DNA of 20,000 nucleotides, taken from NCBI GenBank assembly GCA_012862495.1, contig BLSG01000231.1, forward strand, positions 60,731-80,730, in the 5' to 3' direction. Source of the DNA: Thraustochytrium aureum (taxonomy: Eukaryota). The translations under genes were made by a program, and so were the position numbers. The notes below the pieces were generated by a model, which was given only the letters and a program-made list of their open reading frames with translations, made no database searches and was not told the DNA's origin. Shown here piece after piece: positions 17,489 through 20,000 of this stretch. Each line of letters begins with the position of its first letter. The stretch's first letter is position 1.

Positions 17489-19066
17489 CTACAGCTCGAG
17501 CGCTCCACGCCGCCACGCCGCTGGGGACGGATGCGCGCCTTGAGACCGAGCCCCGGAGCCCGAGCGAGCCGGCTTTGCTCGGGTTGAAGATTTTGACCAC
17601 GAGCGCGACGTCGACAAGGCGCGAGACGAAGAGGGCGTGGACCCCGAGCGCGAGGACGACCTGCGAGAGGCCAAAGCCAGCACGTCGGACCCCTCCCGCT
17701 CCGCCTCGGACTGACTAGCCCCGCTGAAAAGGCGGACGGACGCGGCCACGCTTCGGCGCGACTTGCTCAGCGAGTCCGACAAGCGCTTGACAGCCGCCGG
17801 GAGAGGCGACGCAACGGACAGCCGGCGGAAATCCTCAACGCGCTGCTGCACCACAGAGATGCGGCGCTGCCTGCGGGTGTCGCGATCGCCGCCAGCCCCC
17901 TCTGACCTTTTTGGAGGTTCCAGGGCTGCCGCGGGCTCTTCCGTGTCGCGACTATCGGAGGCCGGCGCCGCGGTGCGATCCTCTGGCGTGTCGCTCGGCT
18001 CAGCGCTCGGCACAACGCTCGGCGCAGCGCTCGGCGCAGCTCCGCCGAGCGACCTGAGTCGAAAGTCAGCAAAGCGGTTTCTGCCCGTGCTGCCCACCCC
18101 AGCTGCGCCCGAGCCCACTCGCGCCGAGCGGCGCGGACTCGGCCTTGGCGCCTGCTCGGACTGGTCTTGCATGCGTCTCGCGATCTCTTCGGCGCGCATG
18201 AGCACAATGGACTTGCGCCGAGAAGATGACTTGGCTGTGCTCGCCTCTGCTTCGTCCAAAGGCTGCCCACCCTCCGCTGCCGGTGGAGCGGCCTCCTCGA
18301 CGACAGGAGACTGGGCGCGCGCAGGCTGTCGCGACGTGCGCTTGGAACGACGCGAGTCGCGCCGAGGGCCGCTCGTTTGCTCGCTCTGCTTTTGCACGCG
18401 CTTCGCGAGCTCGTCCGCGCGAGCCAGGACAACCGACTTGCGCCCAGTCGCGCTTGACTCGCGAGCCTCTGCAGGCGCGGAGGCTGGGCTTGAGGTGGAC
18501 TCGGCAGGGTCGCTCAGGCCTTCCGTCTTCAAGCGCAGCTCTTCGACGCGCAGCTTGACAAGCGACGCGCGCCGGGAGCGGTCCGTCTGCGCCGCTCCGG
18601 GGCTCGGAGGCGCGGGATCTTCTGGTTCTGGCTCGAGCGAGGTGTCCGCTCTGCTCAGGCGCTTGGTAGTTGACGCGCGGGAGCCGCTCTTGCGTTGGCC
18701 GCGGGCGGGTTTCCCCTCAGGTGCTTCTATTGCAGGGTCGACTGTAGCCCCCGAGTCGCCGAGAACTCGCCGTCGAAGGTCGGCCACGCGCTGTTGCACG
18801 ATCGAGCGGCGCTGCGTCGAGGCTTTTTTCTCCTCCGCGCCGGGTCCGGGTCCGGCCTCGGCCTCGGATTTGGACGACTTTGCACGCCGCCTCGACGCGC
18901 TCTCCTTGGCGGGTTTGTCTGCAGCCTTGGGGGCACTTGCCGCTTCATCCAGCACTGCCTGAGTGCGGACTTGAAGTGCCGCCCAGTCAACCTCGTCGGG
19001 CGAGCTCGTCTTGGCTACCTCCACGAGCTGGAGGAACGCGCTTAGGCGGTTGTTCCCAGGCTCCAT
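17489..19066 (-). CDS. Low-complexity Ser/Arg/Ala/Pro-rich protein region with a repeated helical motif; probably exon 1 of the LIM gene
   Basis: First ATG at 19066 (MEPGNNRLSAFLQLVEVAK). About 525 open codons with five copies of R(R/K)x?S(I/V/L)VxxR(V/A)xx(L/I/F). Amino-acid-level conservation of the motif supports coding. Confidence 0.7.
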   Translation of the reverse strand: MEPGNNRLSAFLQLVEVAKTSSPDEVDWAALQVRTQAVLDEAASAPKAADKPAKESASRRRAKSSKSEAEAGPGPGAEEKKASTQRRSIVQQRVADLRRRVLGDSGATVDPAIEAPEGKPARGQRKSGSRASTTKRLSRADTSLEPEPEDPAPPSPGAAQTDRSRRASLVKLRVEELRLKTEGLSDPAESTSSPASAPAEARESSATGRKSVVLARADELAKRVQKQSEQTSGPRRDSRRSKRTSRQPARAQSPVVEEAAPPAAEGGQPLDEAEASTAKSSSRRKSIVLMRAEEIARRMQDQSEQAPRPSPRRSARVGSGAAGVGSTGRNRFADFRLRSLGGAAPSAAPSVVPSAEPSDTPEDRTAAPASDSRDTEEPAAALEPPKRSEGAGGDRDTRRQRRISVVQQRVEDFRRLSVASPLPAAVKRLSDSLSKSRRSVAASVRLFSGASQSEAEREGSDVLALASRRSSSRSGSTPSSSRALSTSRSWSKSSTRAKPARSGSGARSQGAHPSPAAWRRGALEL

Positions 19067-20000
19067 CCTGGGCGGCAACCGCGCACTTGCTGTTTATCTG
19101 CAGAGCGCAGAGCGCCTTCCCCAGACTGTGCCTGGGGAAGGCAGAACAGCGTGCAGGCGCTGCGCGGCCTCGCAGCGACCGTCACCCACAAGTGCTACCA
19201 GGCTCCTCAACGCGGCCGCTCTTGCGTCTCGCACCAGGTCCAGCCGCGCTCGCGTCTCAGTTCGCGTCTCAGTCTCGCGCGCAAGCGCTGTCCAACAGGC
19301 CGGCGCGTCGCTGTGCAACGCCGGCCCGCAGCGTGGCCGCTTCGCGAGCCCGTCAGCAGCGTCCGCGCTGTGGCTGGCCTTGCTACGTAGCTTGGTGTCT
19401 GCGGCGTGTGCGAGCTTGTTCGTCTGTCTGTCTTGGCCGCATTCAGGTGGCGATCTGCACGTCGCGCCGGTCGTGCGTCCGCCTTGAACGAGATGATCTG
19501 TCGCTCGTTGCCACTGGAGTCACAGGTGGCTTTTCAGAGTCAACTGGGCGTCGTCCCAAACGTGAAACAGCAAACCGGGGAGTACTCTGGAGCCCTGCGC
19601 TCGGCTTCGCTCGACCTGGAGCGGTCGGACCGGGCCGGAGCCACTTGCAGGAAATGGCGGTGCTCTTCGCTGATTTCCCTGGGACTCTCCGCGAGTGCGC
19701 TGCCGTGCCACACTGCCAATGGGAGCACGCAGCTCGGGAACTCTCGTTTTTATCGGCATTAAATGGCACTACATGGCATCGTCGCTGGTACTGCGCAGAG
19801 GCCGAGGAAGTGGGTGGTCGTGCGAGTCGGGCGATTCACACCGGTCGCAAAAAACGCTGCTTGGGCACACGACACGCGTTCCCAGCGCCGAGCGCCGGGC
19901 GCAGTTTGCAGTCGACTGGCATGGTGGAGAAGTCCACCATACCTTCCCCCTACCGTAGAGTACTGTAAGGTACCTACTGGTGCTTTTTCCTTGCCCTGCG

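Noticed and set aside
17763..18962. 399-aa plus-strand ORF
   Set aside because: Antisense to the motif-bearing minus-strand ORF; no independent coding signal.
18880..19968. 362-aa plus-strand ORF and nearby short ORFs
   Set aside because: Non-ATG start, Arg/Ala/Cys-rich composition typical of non-coding GC-rich frames, and no domain; probably upstream or promoter sequence.

Overview
GC-rich eukaryotic genomic DNA from a draft scaffold with five N gaps. Most genes are intronless and the few introns are short GT-AG introns with GCTGAC/GCTAAC branch points, which suggests a protist (possibly a stramenopile; this is inference only). Genes from left to right: the 5' part of the mitochondrial metalloprotease ATP23 (- strand, runs off the window, missing from the ORF track); a large gap-spanning gene (2271-7039, +) with an N-myristoylation motif, an acidic tract, two degenerate kinase domains and a C-terminal pair of putative Raw/nucleoside-deoxyribosyltransferase (NDT)-like domains; a four-exon UFM1 gene whose ATG is split by an intron; a divergent UDP-glucose pyrophosphorylase (-); a Derlin with a long acidic tail (+); and a LIM-domain gene (-) that probably joins, through a 51-nt intron and a gap, to an upstream Ser/Arg-rich ORF with five copies of a short helical motif. 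There are several microsatellites. No RNA genes, CRISPR arrays or recognisable mobile elements were seen. The best novelty candidate is the tandem pseudokinase + tandem NDT/Raw-like protein. All domain calls were made by eye from motifs; no searches were run.
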